The notes beneath the pieces were generated by a model. It did not search any database. It was not told where the DNA came from and was given only the letters and a program-made list of their open reading frames with translations. A DNA stretch of 64,000 bases, taken from the IMG/VR virus record IMGVR_UViG_3300049846_001037, positions 141,427-205,426 of that record; one strand, 5' to 3'. Shown piece by piece: positions 10,032 through 21,731 of the stretch; the first letter of the stretch is position 1; each line of letters starts with the position of its first letter. A program made the position numbers and the translations under genes.

Positions 10032-11327
10032 TTATCTCTCCCTTCTCTTCATACCTGGTATTTGGATGGGATTATTTTCAACCTTCTTGGGGGCGTTTGT
10101 TTCGCCTCCCGATGTGTCTATCGTAACATTAATTGACGGTGTGTTCTCAACAGGCCCATCGAGGCTAGAAACAGTCTTTCTCTCAATCTTCTTGGAACCA
10201 GGAGTGGTATTGAAAAGACCTCCAACGCCACCACTGCCAAAGTCAACATTGATACCATCATCAAGCCTATTCTGCTGGGTCTTGATCTTCTGGTATCCCT
10301 TCCTTACACTTCTCATCATCTCATCAATGTGTTCACTGGGCAAAGCAAGTCCATTGAAGAGAACGTAGACTCGCAGGAACTTCACGCTCTCGTCGTTGTA
10401 AACACCCCTAAAAAACATACCGCCGTCCAGATACGAGCTAACGTGATCAAAGACGGCGTTGATGGCCTTGGCTGAGTCAACGGTTTGAAGCGTCTTCTCT
10501 GAACCAACTATGATGACTCCGCAAGCGGAGGCTGTTTTGAGGTCGAAGCCATCCATAAAGAAATGCTTGGCTATGTTGTCGCTGACGGTCTCAGGCGTAA
10601 AGTCCTCGGCTATCTCAAAGTCTCCAATGGCGCAAACGCCACCAGTGCTTAGGAGTCTCTTTAGATCCTGCCTGTCGAGAGCAGACACATACTTGGATGG
10701 TTTCTGAGAGTATTCGTTGAACTTCCTGATGACCGAAACGATGGCGCTGTTTAGCGGTCCCCAGAAGTTTGCAGCCGTGGGAGCGAACTCATCTACGAGC
10801 TTGTTGTTGTCAACTACGATGAGTGGGCTAATGGCTGCTTGCTGGGCGTTCTGATGGATTTCCTTGAGGTTGTCTAGAGCGTTGACGAACACGAGGGTTG
10901 ATTCATTCATGAGTGGCAGCGTATAGATTGCGCCTACATTGAGACCCAATTCTGCGGCTATCTGCGAGACCACAATACCAAGTCCGCCACCTGTTCCACC
11001 ACCGCCACCAATGCAAACCAAGACCTGCTCTGTGTTCTCGTTGACCTTGCTTCGTATGAACTTTGCCACACCGTCATAAAAGTCGTCGATGGATTTTCTT
11101 ACAACGTTGGGGTCTTTACCTGCGCCGGTACCCTTTGTGATAGGCACCAAAAACTTGTTGTCTTCGCTGAGTTGCAGACCATCAAGATCCGCTTTAGCTG
11201 TGTTGATTGCTATGACGTTATTGAAGCCCTGGAATGCAAACTCCTGAGCAATGCGGCCACCAGCTTCACCAGCGCCTATGATTAGAACATTTTTGTTTAA
11301 GATAGAATCTACGTCCACTGTCACCAT
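10032..11327 (-). CDS. tubulin/FtsZ-family GTPase (TubZ/PhuZ/CetZ-like)
   Basis: IGAGEAGGRIA, AINTAKADL, GAGKDP, signature GGGGGTGGG, VVDNN, T7-like LDRQDL. Confidence 0.88.
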   Translation of the reverse strand: MVTVDVDSILNKNVLIIGAGEAGGRIAQEFAFQGFNNVIAINTAKADLDGLQLSEDNKFLVPITKGTGAGKDPNVVRKSIDDFYDGVAKFIRSKVNENTEQVLVCIGGGGGTGGGLGIVVSQIAAELGLNVGAIYTLPLMNESTLVFVNALDNLKEIHQNAQQAAISPLIVVDNNKLVDEFAPTAANFWGPLNSAIVSVIRKFNEYSQKPSKYVSALDRQDLKRLLSTGGVCAIGDFEIAEDFTPETVSDNIAKHFFMDGFDLKTASACGVIIVGSEKTLQTVDSAKAINAVFDHVSSYLDGGMFFRGVYNDESVKFLRVYVLFNGLALPSEHIDEMMRSVRKGYQKIKTQQNRLDDGINVDFGSGGVGGLFNTTPGSKKIERKTVSSLDGPVENTPSINVTIDTSGGETNAPKKVENNPIQIPGMKRRER

Positions 11328-11360
11328 GTTAGTCTCCTTAATTTGTATGACTTCATTATA

Positions 11361-12353
11361 TCAATTATTTTTGTGTTGCTTTGACTTATTTAAGCTACCC
11401 AATATTTTTCTTTCCTTAGCATTGATGGACCTTGGGAAATTGACGTTTAGCCTAAAGTAATGATCCCCTTGTTTTTTTACCCCATAACCCTTAGCGCATA
11501 CAACAGTATTGGGATTGGAGCATTCTGGGATTTCTACATCAGCCAAGCCATGTATGGTGCTTGCTTTTACTTTGCCACCCAATATGCACTGTAAGTAGTC
11601 AACATCAAGTATTGAGTAAATATCATTTCCATCTCTCTCATATTTCTCGTGGGGTTTTATCTCTATGTGAAGCAGCAGATCTCCATACTCACCCGTGCGT
11701 CCTTTGGTGTTGCCCCGTCCTGCAGCCCTGAGTATTTGTCCACTGGCAATGCCCTCAGGTATCTTGATTGACAACTCTGACTCTTTACGAACATAGATGT
11801 TTCCATGACACTTGCTGCACTTGATCTTCTTACCTTTTCCATGACAGGTATCACAGGTCTTTTGAATGGTCACAAAGCCATTGGACTGAACCTGAACGCC
11901 ACGTCCGCCACATGTCCCACACTCTTCATAGGCATAGTCGCCATGCTTCTCTTTGTGCGCCTCGCAGACATCGCAGATATCGTATTGGGCATACCTCACG
12001 TTCTTCTCGGACCCAAAGCAGGCCTCAAGAAACTCTATCTCAATGACCGCCTCAATGGTGGGATTGATGGTCTGAGTGGCTTTTTGCCTACGATAGAGTT
12101 CTTCGAATATGTCTTGCGGGGATGGGGGCCTGAATCCATGAGGGAAGCCACCAAAGTCTGGCTGCTGAGGTCTATCGGCTTCGCCATCAACTATCTTTTG
12201 GTAAGCCTCTGAGATTTCTTTGAACTTGGTCTCTGCGCCAGGATCCTTGTTGATGTCTGGGTGGTATTTCTTGGCCAACTTTCTATAAGCTGCCTTAACC
12301 TCATCTTGTGAGGCACCCTTTTTCAAGCCAAGGATTGAGTAGTAGTCCTTCAT
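11361..12353 (-). CDS. dnaJ: DnaJ chaperone
   Basis: J-domain with HPD, CxxCxGxG repeats and C-terminal domain. Confidence 0.92.
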   Translation of the reverse strand: MKDYYSILGLKKGASQDEVKAAYRKLAKKYHPDINKDPGAETKFKEISEAYQKIVDGEADRPQQPDFGGFPHGFRPPSPQDIFEELYRRQKATQTINPTIEAVIEIEFLEACFGSEKNVRYAQYDICDVCEAHKEKHGDYAYEECGTCGGRGVQVQSNGFVTIQKTCDTCHGKGKKIKCSKCHGNIYVRKESELSIKIPEGIASGQILRAAGRGNTKGRTGEYGDLLLHIEIKPHEKYERDGNDIYSILDVDYLQCILGGKVKASTIHGLADVEIPECSNPNTVVCAKGYGVKKQGDHYFRLNVNFPRSINAKERKILGSLNKSKQHKNN

Positions 12354-12367
12354 ATTTTACACCCACA

Positions 12368-12406
12368 TAAAAAAGCCCAAGGCCACCTTGATGGCGACCT
12401 TGGGCT
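12368..12406 (-). terminator. intrinsic terminator after the DUF2997-like gene
   Basis: AAAAAAGCCCAAGG...CCTTGGGCT hairpin. Confidence 0.75.
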
Positions 12407-12426
12407 GTGTATCACATCATTGTTGC

Positions 12427-12636
12427 TTAGTTCTGGGTGCCACCGCCAACGATGTAAACATCGCTCGGCTGCTCGTTCTCGAAGAACTCGCCGGTCTTGG
12501 AGAACTTAGTCTCCCCCAAGGACTCCAAGAACTTATCGACCTTGGCGCACTTCGGACCCTTGATTCCATTGACTTCGGAGAAGATGTTTCCTTCCTTGTC
12601 AATGACGAACTTGATCTTCGCTGTAGTCTTTGACAC
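12427..12636 (-). CDS. DUF2997-like small protein
   Basis: IKFVIDKEGNIFSEVNGIKGPKC...LESLG...TGEFF pattern. Confidence 0.7.
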   Translation of the reverse strand: MSKTTAKIKFVIDKEGNIFSEVNGIKGPKCAKVDKFLESLGETKFSKTGEFFENEQPSDVYIVGGGTQN

Positions 12637-12669
12637 AACTAGCTCCTTTCTTTCTCGTGAGAGGTTGGT

Positions 12670-13035
12670 TTAGCCTACGAGCAAGGTCTCGTCGATCTCG
12701 CCCTCGATGACGATGCGGCCATCAGGAGTGACAGTGGCTTCGGACAATCCGGTGATGCCGTGTCCTGAGCGGCTGTTGATCTCCTTGTAAAGCTTGACCT
12801 GAGCGTACATCTGGTTGAGCTTGCTGAACAGAGCGTTGGCTCCGTAGCGCTCACCGGCCGAGAACTCGTACTTGCCATCGGCCAAGCGGGTGGCATTGAA
12901 GTTCTCAGTGCCGCTCTTGACGATGAGATCGATCTTGTTGGCGGCCTCGTTGTAGCTCCAGCCCAACTTCTCGATAGCCTGCTTGAGAGCAGACAAGTCA
13001 TTGATTACTGTTTTTACTCTAGCTGTCTGTGACAT
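12670..13035 (-). CDS. DUF1257 (Ycf35-like) protein
   Basis: MSQTARVKTVINDLSALKQAIEKLG...LNQMYA...DGRIVI; next to the DUF2997-like gene. Confidence 0.65.
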   Translation of the reverse strand: MSQTARVKTVINDLSALKQAIEKLGWSYNEAANKIDLIVKSGTENFNATRLADGKYEFSAGERYGANALFSKLNQMYAQVKLYKEINSRSGHGITGLSEATVTPDGRIVIEGEIDETLLVG

Positions 13036-13125
13036 GGTTCTTTCCTCCTTGGGGGTTTGTTCCCTTTTCTTGATTCTATTATATTACATTTTTATAGAAT
13101 ATCAAGATTTTTTTTGAGCTTTATT

Positions 13126-14391
13126 CTAAGCTGCTTTCAGTTGAGAAAACCCCTTTAGGCGGTTCTCAACGAAGTCCTTGTCTATATTATACGTCTTTTC
13201 CTTAGATCCTGGTATGGAAAACATCAAGTCATTTAAGACTTTTTCCATCACGGACCTCAATGCCCTAGCTCCTATCTTCATAGCCAAAGCATGTTCGACC
13301 ACTGCATCGAGAGCTTCTTCGGTGAAGTTCAGGGTCTTCTCGTCCATCTCAAACAGAGCCTTATATTGCTTCAAGACGGCATTCTTGGGCTCAGTGAGAA
13401 TCCTTCTTAGATCTTCTTTCTTTAGCTCGTCCAATGTGACTAGGACAGGAAGCCGACCAAGGAACTCTGGAATCAGACCATACTCAATAAGGTCTTCGTG
13501 AGTGACCATATGGAGCATTTTCTTCTTCTGTTCCTCTGCCTCTTTCTTGCTCAGGGACTCAGAACCGAACCCGATTCCAGACTTGTCCTTGTTCACCCTC
13601 GCTTCAATGGTGTCGATGATGTGTGCAAATGCGCCACCACAGATAAAGAGGATTTTGGACGTATCGATGAGAACGCTTGGTGCGCCTGGGTGCTTCCTTC
13701 CCAGGTCCACCGGAGCATTAGCCATAGTGCCTTCTAGCAGCTTCAACAAAGCCTGCTGGACACCCTCTCCCGACACGTCCCTTGACAAAGACGCCCCAGC
13801 ACCCATCTTCCTGATCTTGTCGATCTCATCAATGAAGATGATGCCAGTCTGAGCCCTTGCTATCTTCTCTTCTGGAGTCTTACCCTCTGCTTTCTGAACA
13901 AGCCTTGTCAGCATTGTCTCAACGTCATCACCGACATAGCCAGCCTGGCTAAAGGTGGTTGCATCAACGATGACGAATGGGACGCTGAAAAGATCCGCCA
14001 AATGCTTGACCATGTAGGTCTTGCCGCTACCACTGGGTCCAAGCATCAGGACGTTTGACTTGTCTATCTCCACATCCTCAAACTTCCTTGTTTGAGAATG
14101 CCTCAGCTTCTTATAGTGATTGTAGACAGCCGAGCAGAGGTATTTCTTTGCCTCTTCCTGACCTATGACGTAATTGTTCAGATGCTCCAACATTTCTGCT
14201 GGCGTATGCATCTTGATGGTGATGTTGCCTTCTGCTGCCTTTGTCTCGCCTTTGGAAAGACTGACGATGGCATGCATCTGCTCAATACAGTCATTGCAGA
14301 CTGCAATCTCACCCGAAGATGTGGAGAGGAGCTGCTTTACTTCCTCAGCTCCACGCCCACAGATAGCACACGATTTGCTTGGGGAAGCCAT
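13126..14391 (-). CDS. clpX: ClpX AAA+ unfoldase
   Basis: C4 Zn-binding domain, [16 protein letters not shown] pore loop, [25 protein letters not shown] loop, GARALRS. Confidence 0.95.
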   Translation of the reverse strand: MASPSKSCAICGRGAEEVKQLLSTSSGEIAVCNDCIEQMHAIVSLSKGETKAAEGNITIKMHTPAEMLEHLNNYVIGQEEAKKYLCSAVYNHYKKLRHSQTRKFEDVEIDKSNVLMLGPSGSGKTYMVKHLADLFSVPFVIVDATTFSQAGYVGDDVETMLTRLVQKAEGKTPEEKIARAQTGIIFIDEIDKIRKMGAGASLSRDVSGEGVQQALLKLLEGTMANAPVDLGRKHPGAPSVLIDTSKILFICGGAFAHIIDTIEARVNKDKSGIGFGSESLSKKEAEEQKKKMLHMVTHEDLIEYGLIPEFLGRLPVLVTLDELKKEDLRRILTEPKNAVLKQYKALFEMDEKTLNFTEEALDAVVEHALAMKIGARALRSVMEKVLNDLMFSIPGSKEKTYNIDKDFVENRLKGFSQLKAA

Positions 14392-14393
14392 TC

Positions 14394-16190
14394 TTAGTCC
14401 TTTCTGGTGTCCTTGGCGTCCACGAACACCAGTTTGTTGTCGCCCTTCTGGGCGGTGACTTCCTTACGAGCCTTCGATGAGTAACGAGCCCTGATACCGT
14501 CCTTCTTGTCCTTGTCCCAGCCGACCCAATCGTAGAGGTACTCGATGTCTTCCTCTGCGGTCTTGGAGAGTGGGATGCCCTCAGCGATAGCCCTGAAGAT
14601 GTGGGCATTCTTGAGCTTGCTCTTGTTCTCGTTCCAAGCGAAGATCAGAGCAGCCTTGATGGCTTCCTCGCACTCCGAGTTCGACCACTTATCGGTGGCG
14701 GCAGCAAAGCCCTTAACATCGAAGTCGTCTGGGTCATAACCCTTCTTGCGAAGGTGAATCGAGAAGGTCTCTTGACGCTCAGAAGCCTCAGGGAGCGAGA
14801 CGAAGAAGATCTCGTCAAAGCGACCCTTACGAGACAACTCTGGCGGTATCTGCCTGATGTTGTTGGCGGTGGCGACCACAAAGACGGGAGCCGTCTTGTC
14901 GTTCAACCACGTCAGCAAGGTGCCGACCACACGAGCGGTGGTGCCTGCATCTGACGAGTTGGACGAAGCCACACCAGCCAAGCCCTTCTCGATTTCGTCA
15001 ATCATGACCACGCAAGGCGACACGGCCTCGATGAGCTTGATGACCTCACGGACATTGGCTTCAGACGAACCCACAGTCTGGCTGAACACTTTGCCGACAT
15101 CGAAGCGAACCAGCGGCATAGCCAAGAGGTTGGCAGTAGCCTTTGCGGTGTATGACTTACCGCAACCTGGAGGGCCGACCAGCATCAGACCCTTCGGGGT
15201 ATCGATGCCGAACTTGTGGGCTTCCTCGGTGAAGACTGTCTGGCGCAGCTTGAGCCAGTTCTTCAACTCTTCCATGCCGCCCACGTCTTCCAACTTAACG
15301 TCCGACTCGTAGTATTCGAGCAAGCCGTTCTTGAGGATCATCTGCTTCTTTGACTCAAGCAAGAAGTCAGCCCTGATCTCCTCGAACTTGACCTGAGATA
15401 CGGTCACAACGTTGTCGATCTCTGGCAGAGAAAGACCCGTCAAGGACGTAAGTATCTTGCTGACCTCTTCGTGGGTGTATTCGGTTCTCCACGGAGCGCC
15501 TGCAGCCGAGACCTTGGAGGGATTCTTCTCGACAGTCGTCAAGATGGAATGCTGCGAGAGATAGTCCATGATTTCTTCCCTGGTGGGAAGATTCCAGTCG
15601 ATGACCGTGACGAGATTGCGCAGTTCAATTGGGATCTGCATGACTGGGCTGACAATGATGAGGCAGCGGCGAACCACGCTCTCTTCGTCATCATTGTGAA
15701 CCACGATGTCCTTCACCTTGCGGACAACACGAATGTCCTTGAGGTGAGGGTGGATGTCCTTGAGGACTACCACATGACAGTCGGCGTCATGCTTCTTGTT
15801 GGTGGGAACGTTGGTGGAGAAGAAGTTGAGAGCCGCCAAGGCGTCCTTGGATGCGTCATCGTCGGTCTTCTCTGGAACGACCAAGCCCTCGCTCTCCATC
15901 TTGCGATTGATGACGTTGATGTAGTGGTCTTCCTCATGCTCAAGGTTCTTCATGGCAGCATGGAGGGTACCCTTGGTGCAGGACCACTCGTAGTATCCAT
16001 AAGTCCTAGCCTGAGCCTTGTCTTTGTTCAGGTTCAGGGATGAGACGCACCTGCGGATATCCTGCATGGTGAATCGCTCATCGTTGGTGTTGATGTATAT
16101 AAGAGACGCACCGGAACGTATGTAATCAACTAGTTCCTGCGACACCATCGGCTTGCGGATATTCTTCTTTGCTTCAGCCATTGTTTTCAC
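14394..16190 (-). CDS. Ycf46-like AAA ATPase
   Basis: Degenerate N-terminal AAA ([10 protein letters not shown]), then [42 protein letters not shown]. Confidence 0.85.
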   Translation of the reverse strand: MKTMAEAKKNIRKPMVSQELVDYIRSGASLIYINTNDERFTMQDIRRCVSSLNLNKDKAQARTYGYYEWSCTKGTLHAAMKNLEHEEDHYINVINRKMESEGLVVPEKTDDDASKDALAALNFFSTNVPTNKKHDADCHVVVLKDIHPHLKDIRVVRKVKDIVVHNDDEESVVRRCLIIVSPVMQIPIELRNLVTVIDWNLPTREEIMDYLSQHSILTTVEKNPSKVSAAGAPWRTEYTHEEVSKILTSLTGLSLPEIDNVVTVSQVKFEEIRADFLLESKKQMILKNGLLEYYESDVKLEDVGGMEELKNWLKLRQTVFTEEAHKFGIDTPKGLMLVGPPGCGKSYTAKATANLLAMPLVRFDVGKVFSQTVGSSEANVREVIKLIEAVSPCVVMIDEIEKGLAGVASSNSSDAGTTARVVGTLLTWLNDKTAPVFVVATANNIRQIPPELSRKGRFDEIFFVSLPEASERQETFSIHLRKKGYDPDDFDVKGFAAATDKWSNSECEEAIKAALIFAWNENKSKLKNAHIFRAIAEGIPLSKTAEEDIEYLYDWVGWDKDKKDGIRARYSSKARKEVTAQKGDNKLVFVDAKDTRKD

Positions 16191-17160
16191 CCTCTGATTG
16201 TTGGAGTTTCTTCTTTGCAGCTCTTTCTGCGGCGAGTCTGTCGCCGTTTGTCACTAAGTCGCAGGTAGCCAATGGAGCCTGAGGATACAGGTTCTCGTAA
16301 ACATACTCAAGGTCTTCTGGCTTTTCAAGAACGAACAAGTCTTTTTTGTCGTAATAGCACAACTTGATTTCGCCATAGGGATTTACGTAGATCATGTCGT
16401 GGCGGGAACAGGCTCCACCAGTCATCCCCATCTCTCGCTGAATGCAGGAGTCCAAATAGATCCTGTCGTTCAGCATTGTCATGAGCGTTTCTCTTAACTT
16501 GTTGATCCGGTTATAGACGGTCTTTAGTGGCACGAAAAGCGGCTCTTGCATCAACAGATAGATGGTATCAGACACATCCAGAATTTCTTCGGCCAGACCG
16601 TTGTTGAGCTGCGTTACCATTCCATCGGTCAGCAGGATGTTGCAATTGAGCCTGCCAACATATTGCCTGATATACCTGAACGTGTCAAGTGCTTTCTGCT
16701 TTTCTTCTGGAGTCCTAGTCACAAAGTCGTTGATGGATATACCCATCAGGGCGATGTTGTTGAAGTCCAGTATGTCTTTGTATTGGGTAATGAAGTCGTA
16801 ATTGCAGAAGGTCACGAAGTCAATGCCCACCTCGTTACTCTTCTCCTTCAACCACTTGAAGTAGTAGATGTTTTTGTCAACCTTCGAGAAGTCAGGGTTC
16901 TTCTCAAACTTGAAGTCTGGATCCCGCTTCACGAAGTTGCCCGGCACAGCAACCTCACGCAACCCAATCTTCTTGGCTACTTCCACCAGACGCAAGAAGA
17001 ACTCTGGGTCTTTTTCTTTCTTGTTGGGATCAATGTCCTTCTTCAGATAGCAACCGTAACACTCATAGTCGCATTGCATCGTCGGATGGATTGAAAGTTG
17101 GTGTGGCTTTGGAATCATTCTTCTCACATGAGTTAGGATGTATGTTTTTAACACATCCAT
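16174..17160 (-). CDS. radical SAM protein
   Basis: CDYECYGC (CxxxCxxC) and C-terminal twitch-like C...YVNPYGEIKLC. Confidence 0.75.
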   Translation of the reverse strand: MDVLKTYILTHVRRMIPKPHQLSIHPTMQCDYECYGCYLKKDIDPNKKEKDPEFFLRLVEVAKKIGLREVAVPGNFVKRDPDFKFEKNPDFSKVDKNIYYFKWLKEKSNEVGIDFVTFCNYDFITQYKDILDFNNIALMGISINDFVTRTPEEKQKALDTFRYIRQYVGRLNCNILLTDGMVTQLNNGLAEEILDVSDTIYLLMQEPLFVPLKTVYNRINKLRETLMTMLNDRIYLDSCIQREMGMTGGACSRHDMIYVNPYGEIKLCYYDKKDLFVLEKPEDLEYVYENLYPQAPLATCDLVTNGDRLAAERAAKKKLQQSEGENNG

Positions 17161-17174
17161 GATATCTGTGTCAA

Positions 17175-17205
17175 GAAAAAAGAGACCCAGTTGCCTGGGT
17201 CTCTT
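17175..17205 (-). terminator. intrinsic terminator
   Basis: AAAAAAGAGACCCAG-ttgc-CTGGGTCTCTT. Confidence 0.75.
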
Positions 17206-17236
17206 CTCTTATTAGTGATACTTTGAAAAGTGATAC

Positions 17237-18829
17237 TTATGCTGATTCTTCCTCTAGTCTAATCTTGGTGATGTCAACAAGATCGATGTCTCTTGGCTTT
17301 AGCATTCCGAGGTCGCTCATATCGGGAGCAAAAACTCCATCACCATAGATTTGGTTGAGTTTTGAAACTCCTTGCTTGTAAGCGATCTCTGCATATCTCC
17401 TGCGCCTCTTGATGGCAGCAAGTTCAGCCTTGACCTCATTTTCTTTTTCTTGAATTGAATTGAGGCGTTCCTTCTTCTGCTCAACAACAGAGCCTTCAGA
17501 CTCAACCTCTTCGTGGGGGAACTTGTTTCCAATGTCCCTGAGAGAGATGATTCCAACATCCTCTGATTGCCCTGGTGCTGCTGGAGCGGCTGGATTCTTG
17601 GTTTGAATACCCTTCTGAATGTTTGACTTCTCTGCCTCTAGGTTCTTAATGACATCGTACCACCTAGAGAGGTCTTCGGTCTTCTTGATGTAGTCGATAT
17701 CAGCTTTGTATTCGCTGAACTCCTTGACTCTCTCTTCAACTTCAGCGAAAGCCTCACTGATGATAGCCTTCCACTTTCTAGGAGCAGCCCACTCTCTGTT
17801 TTCTGGAGCCACGCCCCTCTCAACATCATTGGTCTTAACAATGAGGGATGAGATGATCTTGTCTTTATCCTGCGGAGCATAGTCTATGAACAACTGTGCT
17901 TCCTTGTTGTGGGTGATAGCATCTAAGCCACCCATCCTAAGCGTCTTCTGTTGCTCGGCATCCGTGTAGTCAGGAACGTCCTTGAAGTGGAACCTGCTCT
18001 TCATCTGTCCGTCATACACGGGCTTCTGAATGCTCTCTCTGGATCCTGGAGATGTTATCTGGGAAACCTTGAGTGACTTGAAAGCCTTAACGTCCTTGGT
18101 GGCCATTGTGCCGATGATCTTTACAAGCGGCTCTGGCTCAGTCAAACCCTTGAGGGCAAACCAACCACCGGCGGCATCGGTCTCCTGGCTCAAGGCTGTA
18201 TACAACTCGTCAAGGCAAAGGATGAAGCGTCCAGAATACTTGACAGCGTTTTCTCTCAAGTCTCTCAATGGTCCTACTGAACCACCAAGCAATCCACCAG
18301 TCTGAGACAAGTTTCTTGCGTCTGTGAACATGAAGTGGTATTCGCTGACTGAGGAGGATGTTCTAAGTTGTGATGGGTCAGTCAAAACTCCACCACGGAA
18401 CCAAAGGAAGTCGTGAGACAAAGACCTCTCGGCCGCCATGATTCCAAGATACTTAAAGGTATATGACTTACCGAAACCTGCAGGGGCTCCAATGACACCA
18501 CCGACCTTACCTGTCTTGATGGAGTCCTTAATTGCATCTTGCATCTCAGCGGTGGGAGGACTGATCCTTGAGAGCTCATCCATCGTGAGGTATCTGCCTC
18601 TCTTGTTGATGGCATCAATAGCCTCGTTGGTATAGTCTTCAAAGCTAAATGTCGCTGGGAATGGATTGGGTAGAGAGGTTGGCAAAGGAAGAGCAAGTCT
18701 GGCCTCTTCGAGCCTCAAGGCATTTCTCTTTGTCTTCAGCTCGTTCCAATCCTTGTACTCTGCTTGCATGGTCAGAGTCTTGGCGGCAGCTTCAAACAAT
18801 TGCTTCTTTCTTAGAAGTTCCTTATTCAT
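17237..18829 (-). CDS. divergent ClpA/ClpB-like AAA+ domain with coiled coil
   Basis: GAPAGFGKS, ILCLDEL, IIGTMAT, SRF and a C-terminal coiled coil. Confidence 0.5.
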   Translation of the reverse strand: MNKELLRKKQLFEAAAKTLTMQAEYKDWNELKTKRNALRLEEARLALPLPTSLPNPFPATFSFEDYTNEAIDAINKRGRYLTMDELSRISPPTAEMQDAIKDSIKTGKVGGVIGAPAGFGKSYTFKYLGIMAAERSLSHDFLWFRGGVLTDPSQLRTSSSVSEYHFMFTDARNLSQTGGLLGGSVGPLRDLRENAVKYSGRFILCLDELYTALSQETDAAGGWFALKGLTEPEPLVKIIGTMATKDVKAFKSLKVSQITSPGSRESIQKPVYDGQMKSRFHFKDVPDYTDAEQQKTLRMGGLDAITHNKEAQLFIDYAPQDKDKIISSLIVKTNDVERGVAPENREWAAPRKWKAIISEAFAEVEERVKEFSEYKADIDYIKKTEDLSRWYDVIKNLEAEKSNIQKGIQTKNPAAPAAPGQSEDVGIISLRDIGNKFPHEEVESEGSVVEQKKERLNSIQEKENEVKAELAAIKRRRRYAEIAYKQGVSKLNQIYGDGVFAPDMSDLGMLKPRDIDLVDITKIRLEEESA

Positions 18830-19386
18830 TTACCTCTCCTGTCATCTCTAAAGGATATTTTTAGACTAGCCAAATGTGGGATAGCCTCAGAAGATCTGCC
18901 AGCCCCTTGTTGTGTGTATTTTTTGTAAGCATCTATCAACTGATTGTAGGCACTGTTTCTCATGCGATGAGATGTGTCTGGAACAACTGGCAACTCAAGT
19001 CTTGTATCGCCCGTCATGATGAGGTTGTTGATCTTCTGCTTGTCGCCACTCATCAGCACCTTGAGGTTTTGAGAAATCTGTTCGTAGACTCTTTGGGGAA
19101 CTTTGTCTGAGATGGTCAAGACGCCTTCTCTCAAATACCAGAAAGCACTCTGAGGATCCCAAGCATCTTTGGGAGCAAATTGACTGCGCAAAAAGTCCAT
19201 GAAGCTTTTGTCAACACTCAAAATTCCAAACTGAACATTCTCATTCAACTCAGGCACAAAGTAAGACATCGAAAAAGACCTGCCATCACCTCTTGGCTCA
19301 AAAATGATACTTTTGAAATGAGGGGTGATCTGGGACTTTCTGAGTAACTTACGGGATGCCTCTTTGATGTGTTGTCTATAGTTCAT
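18826..19386 (-). CDS. hypothetical protein
   Basis: 186-aa ORF with ATGA coupling to the downstream gene. Confidence 0.55.
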   Translation of the reverse strand: MNYRQHIKEASRKLLRKSQITPHFKSIIFEPRGDGRSFSMSYFVPELNENVQFGILSVDKSFMDFLRSQFAPKDAWDPQSAFWYLREGVLTISDKVPQRVYEQISQNLKVLMSGDKQKINNLIMTGDTRLELPVVPDTSHRMRNSAYNQLIDAYKKYTQQGAGRSSEAIPHLASLKISFRDDRRGK

Positions 19387-19455
19387 GCCAGAAATGCATT
19401 CTCCTGTAGTCTTTTCTATAGTACTATTTTATAAAAAATCGACATAAATCAGAGG

Positions 19456-19896
19456 CTACAGGAGACCCAGAATTCTGATTACTTCAAAAAAGATGGCGAC
19501 AGAATAGAAAACCCTGTCGGCAAAGGTGTCGGTGTAAAGGCTGAGATGTTCAAAGGCCCAAGGATGGACGGGTGAGAAGTGACCCTCACGGATATTGATG
19601 CGGTCCATCTTGTAGGAGGTCCAGGGGTTTTCCAGGTTCCAGCCCCAGCCCTTGATGACATCATAGAGCCCCAAGATATAGAAGCCAGTCAGAACGTTAA
19701 TGTAAACGCTGCCGTGATTGATATGGATCAGGTAAAAGGCGGTCAGGAAGGCAAAAACCTTCCTAAAGAAAGAGAACGGAATCCAGATATATGGACTTCC
19801 GTTCTCCGATGAAAGGGTCTTGGGGCCAATGTAAAAGATCAGAATCACGTCCAAAATGGCCGCAACGCCGATGAGTGACAGAACGATGGTATTCAT
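19456..19896 (-). CDS. hypothetical membrane protein
   Basis: Several hydrophobic segments. Confidence 0.5.
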   Translation of the reverse strand: MNTIVLSLIGVAAILDVILIFYIGPKTLSSENGSPYIWIPFSFFRKVFAFLTAFYLIHINHGSVYINVLTGFYILGLYDVIKGWGWNLENPWTSYKMDRINIREGHFSPVHPWAFEHLSLYTDTFADRVFYSVAIFFEVIRILGLL

Positions 19897-19926
19897 GGCA
19901 GACCCCTTTCATCTACCTGAATAGTA

Positions 19927-20160
19927 TCACTTTCCCTTTAACTTGTCAAGATGGGGCTGCAGTCTTTCCCTGAACTCTGGGGTATTGAAGGTTCTGAGCC
20001 CACCCAGACGGCGCTTAAACGTCTTTTCAGAAGGAAACTCAAAGGGTTTTTCGGCATGAGCCTTTTCAATGGTTTCGACAGCCAGATATCCGTGTTGAAT
20101 CTCAACTGTTGCCAGGATATCTAACAATTCCTCATCAGTAAATCTCTTTGGTCTTGCCAT
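19927..20160 (-). CDS. small HTH protein (homing-endonuclease-associated repeat-like)
   Basis: MARPKRFTDEELL...PSEKTFKRRLG pattern. Confidence 0.45.
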   Translation of the reverse strand: MARPKRFTDEELLDILATVEIQHGYLAVETIEKAHAEKPFEFPSEKTFKRRLGGLRTFNTPEFRERLQPHLDKLKGK

Positions 20161-21674
20161 GAAATTTGACCCCTATTCTTTCAGCGTATGTTTCTCTTGA
20201 AGCATTGACAGCAAACGAGCAGAAGAGTAACAGCATGATTATAGTAAAAAGAATCGCCGCAGGTATTGTCAGAACAACAATGATCAAACCTAACAGCAAA
20301 CCTGCCGTCAGATGGACAACATTGTTGATGCTTTTGAGGATTGATTCTTTGATGCTGTTTTTCATGGACGGATCACTTTGCTCCGTAAATGTCCTGCGAT
20401 ATCTTCCAGCCCGTTACAATGAAAGCGCCGTTGAAATGGTTTCCTACTGGCGCAACCACATAGCCCTCTCCAATGTAGGGCTTGATGTTGATGTCGTAGT
20501 CCTGCTTCTCTGTAAGAGAGTAGTCTCTATAGATGAGGTCTCTACCATCTATGAACAATCCGGGATTAGGATTCCTTGGTCTGCTCATCGAGTATCCTGT
20601 ATAGACCATCCTGCTGCACCGCATAGGCCAGAGCATGGTTCTCTTCAAAGTGTTTGATTATCTTTATTCTTCCCTTAAAGTCATCTCCTACAATTGACTT
20701 CACAACGAACATCGGATTGTGGAGATTGGGTATTTTCTTGAAGCAGTAAATCATCACAAAAGACCTTTCGACACTATTGTTCACAGCCTTCTCTGGACTC
20801 ATGAAGACATATCCATCCAAGTTCCTGTAGGTCTTTTGAATGAACACTTTGTAATAGGTTTGTTTAGGGGGCTTTTTCTTCTGCTTCTTCGTCATGTCAG
20901 ATCGCCCCAACAGAAGCTTTTTTTCCATCTCTCACTCCTTGTCTGTAGGCGTTGTATACATCATCGCCCCATTGTTCGAGTAGAAGGCATTTTGTGTCTT
21001 TTTGTTTTGAGAGGTCGTAAGCAGCACTGTAGATTACGAAAATCTGAAACGAGACTTCACTCTTTGAAAAGTCCTTGAAAGCCAGATCCATTTTGTTGGA
21101 CAAGCGTATACCGGCCTCTACACAGGAAAGGTCGTTAGATTGCTTTGAAAGAGTCTTCTCAAGATTCTTTTGGCGGGATAGATTTTGTGTGTGAAAGAAA
21201 AATCCTGTACCAACTAAAAGAACGAACATTGAAATGTTGAGCATCAAAAATGTCTTGTAGCTCTTAAGGAACGTGCTTTTGCCCTTAAGCATAAATCACC
21301 TCTTACTTCATTTGTTATTCTCCCTGTTGTGAGAGCGCCTGCTCCATCTGCTGCTCATAGTATCTTTGTTCCGCCAGCCTATCTATTTGTTCATCTCTCT
21401 TTTGTTTTAGACCCAAAACATACATCTTAAATTCCTGCAAACTTTTGTAGGGTGAGCCAACCACTTCATAGATAGTGGGATCACTTAAGGATGGTTCTCC
21501 TAGAATCCATCCATCAGGAGCCTTGATAGCACGATAACCCATGTACTCGGCCAGATTATTTACTTCTGCCAAGGTGCGCTCTTCGGTCTCGATGTTGTCT
21601 AGTTCATTGAGTAAGTCAGACCTCTTTCGCATGGATATCTCCTTTCTGTAATCCTTTTTTATAAAAGAAGGCAA

Positions 21675-21709
21675 CAAAAAAGCCCAGATAACTAAATATC
21701 TGGGCTTTT
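21675..21709. terminator. bidirectional-looking intrinsic terminator after the vWA gene
   Basis: AAAAAAGCCCAGATA...TATCTGGGCTTTT. Confidence 0.75.
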
Positions 21710-21731
21710 CTGCTTCGATTTGTGACCTAGA

